Assembly: GCF_003018235.1 (NCBI RefSeq) | Contig: NZ_CP027437.1 | Length of the DNA stretch: 64,000 bases | Strand: one strand, 5' to 3' | Source: Escherichia coli | GTDB taxonomy: Bacteria > Pseudomonadota > Gammaproteobacteria > Enterobacterales > Enterobacteriaceae | Part shown: positions 59,084 through 64,000 of the stretch, in pieces | How the letters are laid out: every line of letters begins with the position of its first letter | Position numbering within the stretch: position 1 is the stretch's first letter | The notes under the pieces: model-generated | The model's database searches: none | Seen by the model: the letters and a program-made list of their open reading frames with translations, nothing else | Told to the model about the DNA's origin: nothing | Translations under genes and position numbers: made by a program

Positions 59084-60073
59084 ATGCATATTACATACGA
59101 TCTCCCGGTTGCTATTGATGACATCATTGAAGCAAAACAACGACTGGCTGGGCGAATTTATAAAACAGGCATGCCTCGCTCCAACTATTTTAGTGAACGT
59201 TGCAAAGGTGAAATATTCCTCAAATTCGAAAACATGCAGCGTACCGGTTCATTTAAAATTCGTGGCGCATTTAATAAATTAAGTTCACTGACCGATGCGG
59301 AAAAACGTAAAGGTGTAGTGGCCTGTTCTGCGGGCAACCATGCGCAAGGGGTTTCCCTCTCCTGCGCGATGCTGGGCATCGACGGTAAAGTGGTGATGCC
59401 AAAAGGCGCGCCGAAATCCAAAGTAGCGGCAACGTGCGACTACTCTGCAGAAGTCGTTCTGCATGGTGATAACTTCAACGACACTATCGCTAAAGTGAGC
59501 GAAATTGTCGAAATGGAAGGCCGTATTTTTATCCCACCTTATGATGATCCGAAAGTGATTGCTGGCCAGGGAACGATTGGTCTGGAAATTATGGAAGATC
59601 TCTATGATGTCGATAATGTGATTGTGCCAATTGGTGGTGGCGGTTTAATTGCTGGTATTGCGGTGGCAATAAAATCTATTAACCCGACCATTCGTGTTAT
59701 TGGCGTACAGTCAGAAAACGTTCACGGCATGGCGGCTTCTTTCCACTCCGGAGAAATAACCACGCACCGAACTACCGGCACCCTGGCGGATGGTTGTGAT
59801 GTCTCCCGCCCGGGTAATTTAACTTACGAAATCGTTCGTGAATTAGTCGATGACATCGTGCTGGTCAGCGAAGACGAAATCAGAAACAGTATGATTGCCT
59901 TAATTCAGCGCAATAAAGTCGTCACCGAAGGCGCAGGCGCTCTGGCATGTGCTGCATTATTAAGCGGTAAATTAGACCAATATATTCAAAACAGAAAAAC
60001 CGTCAGTATTATTTCCGGCGGCAATATCGATCTTTCTCGCGTCTCTCAAATCACCGGTTTCGTTGACGCTTAA
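59084..60073 (+). CDS. tdcB: Catabolic L-threonine dehydratase
   Basis: 329-aa ORF; PLP-lysine motif SFKIRGA. Confidence 0.95.
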
Positions 60074-60091
60074 TTAATTCGTTGAGGATAG

Positions 60092-61426
<1,335 letters not shown>

Positions 61427-61451
61427 TCCGTAACTCAGGATGAGAAAAGAG

Positions 61452-62660
61452 ATGAATGAATTTCCGGTTGTTTTGGTTATTAACTGTGGTTCGTCTTCAA
61501 TTAAGTTTTCCGTACTCGATGCCAGCGACTGTGAAGTATTAATGTCAGGTATTGCCGACGGTATTAACTCGGAAAATGCATTCTTATCCGTAAATGGGGG
61601 AGAGCCAGCACCGCTGGCTCACCACAGCTACGAAGGTGCATTGAAGGCAATTGCATTTGAACTGGAAAAACGGAATTTAAATGACAGTGTGGCCTTAATT
61701 GGCCACCGCATCGCTCACGGCGGCAGTATTTTTACCGAGTCCGCCATTATTACCGATGAAGTCATTGATAATATCCGTCGCGTTTCTCCACTGGCACCCC
61801 TGCATAATTACGCCAATTTAAGTGGTATTGAATCGGCGCAGCAATTATTTCCGGGCGTAACTCAGGTGGCGGTATTTGATACCAGTTTCCACCAGACGAT
61901 GGCACCGGAGGCTTATTTATACGGCCTGCCGTGGAAATATTATGAAGAGTTAGGTGTACGCCGTTATGGTTTCCACGGCACGTCGCACCGCTACGTTTCC
62001 CAGCGCGCGCATTCTTTGCTGAATCTGGCGGAAGATGACTCCGGCCTGGTCGTGGCGCATCTTGGCAATGGCGCGTCAATCTGCGCAGTTCGCAACGGTC
62101 AGAGTGTTGACACTTCAATGGGAATGACGCCGCTGGAAGGCTTGATGATGGGGACCCGCAGTGGTGATGTCGACTTCGGGGCGATGTCCTGGGTCGCCAG
62201 CCAAACCAACCAGAGCCTGGGTGACCTGGAGCGCGTAGTGAATAAAGAGTCGGGATTATTAGGCATTTCCGGTCTTTCTTCGGATTTACGTGTTCTGGAA
62301 AAAGCCCGGCATGAAGGTCACGAACGCGCGCAACTGGCAATTAAAACCTTTGTTCACCGAATTGCCCGTCATATTGCCGGACACGCAGCCTCATTACGTC
62401 GCCTGGATGGAATTATATTCACCGGCGGAATAGGAGAAAATTCAAGTTTAATTCGTCGTCTGGTCATGGAACATTTGGCTGTATTAGGCGTAGAGATTGA
62501 TACAGAAATGAATAATCGCTCTAACTCCTGTGGAGAGCGAATTGTTTCCAGTGAAAATGCGCGTGTCATTTGCGCCGTTATCCCAACCAACGAAGAAAAA
62601 ATGATTGCTTTGGATGCCATTCATTTAGGCAAAGTGAACGCGCCCGCAGAATTTGCATAA
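61452..62660 (+). CDS. tdcD: Propionate/acetate kinase TdcD
   Basis: ORF 61440..62660; [21 protein letters not shown] acetokinase signature from the ATG at 61452. Confidence 0.93.
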   Translation: MNEFPVVLVINCGSSSIKFSVLDASDCEVLMSGIADGINSENAFLSVNGGEPAPLAHHSYEGALKAIAFELEKRNLNDSVALIGHRIAHGGSIFTESAIITDEVIDNIRRVSPLAPLHNYANLSGIESAQQLFPGVTQVAVFDTSFHQTMAPEAYLYGLPWKYYEELGVRRYGFHGTSHRYVSQRAHSLLNLAEDDSGLVVAHLGNGASICAVRNGQSVDTSMGMTPLEGLMMGTRSGDVDFGAMSWVASQTNQSLGDLERVVNKESGLLGISGLSSDLRVLEKARHEGHERAQLAIKTFVHRIARHIAGHAASLRRLDGIIFTGGIGENSSLIRRLVMEHLAVLGVEIDTEMNNRSNSCGERIVSSENARVICAVIPTNEEKMIALDAIHLGKVNAPAEFA

Positions 62661-62693
62661 TTTAGTTGAAGTATTGTAGAGAGATTATTTTTC

Positions 62694-64000
62694 ATGAAGG
62701 TAGATATTGATACCAGCGATAAGCTGTACGCCGACGCATGGCTTGGCTTTAAAGGTACGGACTGGAAAAACGAAATTAATGTCCGCGATTTTATTCAACA
62801 TAACTATACACCGTATGAAGGTGATGAATCTTTTCTCGCCGAAGCGACGCCAGCCACCACGGAATTGTGGGAAAAAGTGATGGAAGGCATTCGTATCGAA
62901 AACGCAACCCACGCGCCGGTTGATTTCGATACTAATATTGCTACCACCATTACCGCTCATGATGCGGGATATATTAACCAGCCGCTGGAAAAAATAGTGG
63001 GCCTGCAAACGGATGCGCCATTAAAGCGTGCGCTGCATCCGTTCGGTGGCATTAATATGATTAAAAGTTCATTCCACGCCTATGGCCGTGAAATGGACAG
63101 TGAATTTGAATATCTGTTTACCGATCTGCGTAAAACCCATAATCAGGGCGTATTTGATGTTTACTCACCAGATATGCTGCGCTGCCGTAAATCGGGTGTA
63201 CTGACTGGTTTGCCAGATGGTTATGGCCGTGGGCGCATTATCGGTGACTACCGCCGCGTGGCGCTGTATGGCATCAGTTATCTGGTGCGTGAACGCGAAC
63301 TGCAATTTGCCGATCTCCAGTCCCGTCTGGAAAAAGGCGAGGATCTGGAAGCCACCATCCGTCTGCGTGAGGAGCTGGCAGAGCATCGTCATGCGCTGTT
63401 GCAGATTCAGGAAATGGCGGCGAAATATGGCTTTGATATCTCTCGCCCGGCGCAGAATGCGCAGGAAGCGGTGCAGTGGCTCTACTTCGCTTACCTGGCG
63501 GCAGTGAAATCGCAAAATGGCGGCGCGATGTCGCTGGGTCGCACGGCATCGTTCCTCGATATCTACATTGAGCGCGACTTTAAAGCTGGCGTACTCAATG
63601 AGCAGCAGGCACAGGAACTGATCGATCACTTCATTATGAAGATCCGTATGGTGCGCTTCTTGCGTACGCCGGAATTTGATTCGCTGTTCTCCGGCGACCC
63701 AATCTGGGCGACGGAAGTGATCGGCGGGATGGGGCTGGACGGTCGTACGCTGGTGACCAAAAACTCCTTCCGCTATTTGCACACCCTGCACACTATGGGG
63801 CCTGCACCGGAACCTAACCTGACCATTCTTTGGTCGGAAGAATTACCGATTGCCTTCAAAAAATATGCCGCGCAGGTGTCGATCGTCACCTCTTCCTTGC
63901 AGTATGAAAACGACGATCTGATGCGTACTGACTTCAACAGCGACGATTACGCGATTGCCTGCTGCGTCAGCCCAATGGTGATTGGTAAGCAAATGCAGTT
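62694..64000 (+). CDS. tdcE: 2-ketobutyrate/pyruvate formate-lyase TdcE (N-terminal part; 3' end beyond the window)
   Basis: Open frame from the ATG at 62694 to the window end (MKVDIDTSDKLYADAWLGFKGTDWKNEINVRDFIQ...), PFL-family N-terminus; absent from the ORF track because no stop codon falls inside the window. Confidence 0.92.
   Translation, partial: MKVDIDTSDKLYADAWLGFKGTDWKNEINVRDFIQHNYTPYEGDESFLAEATPATTELWEKVMEGIRIENATHAPVDFDTNIATTITAHDAGYINQPLEKIVGLQTDAPLKRALHPFGGINMIKSSFHAYGREMDSEFEYLFTDLRKTHNQGVFDVYSPDMLRCRKSGVLTGLPDGYGRGRIIGDYRRVALYGISYLVRERELQFADLQSRLEKGEDLEATIRLREELAEHRHALLQIQEMAAKYGFDISRPAQNAQEAVQWLYFAYLAAVKSQNGGAMSLGRTASFLDIYIERDFKAGVLNEQQAQELIDHFIMKIRMVRFLRTPEFDSLFSGDPIWATEVIGGMGLDGRTLVTKNSFRYLHTLHTMGPAPEPNLTILWSEELPIAFKKYAAQVSIVTSSLQYENDDLMRTDFNSDDYAIACCVSPMVIGKQMQ

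Overview
This window reads as an Escherichia coli-type chromosomal segment, mostly conserved core genes in K-12 order, with two accessory insertions and no clear-cut novel multi-gene system. All identifications are from reading the ORF translations and RNA sequences against remembered E. coli genes; no database search was run. Gene order: rlmE(partial)-ftsH-folP-glmM-secG-tRNA-Leu(leuU) | argG | tRNA-fMet(metY)-rimP-nusA-infB-rbfA-truB-rpsO-pnp-nlpI-deaD-mtr | yhbW-ubiVU / ubiT-yhbS-yhbQ-yhbP-yhbO-yraR-yraQ-dolP-diaA-yraN-lpoA-rsmI | accessory island | aga/kba GalNAc cluster | prlF-yhaV | gar genes | rnpB | yhaC-yhaB | tdcR / tdcABCDE(partial). No CRISPR array, integrase, transposase or recognisable multi-gene defence system was seen. 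The best candidates for something undescribed are: (1) a single AT-rich gene for a 317-aa HTH(XRE)-domain protein with an unrecognised C-terminal domain, sitting beside leuU where K-12 has yhbX, preceded by a TTTACTTTA repeat array; (2) a roughly 5-kb island between rsmI and kbaY (secreted MBL-fold hydrolase, frameshifted LysR regulator, malXY-like PTS EIICB plus C-S lyase pair) where K-12 has agaBCDI-yraHIJK. Start codons were adjusted from the ORF track where the known protein N-terminus was recognised; terminator and operator coordinates are approximate.
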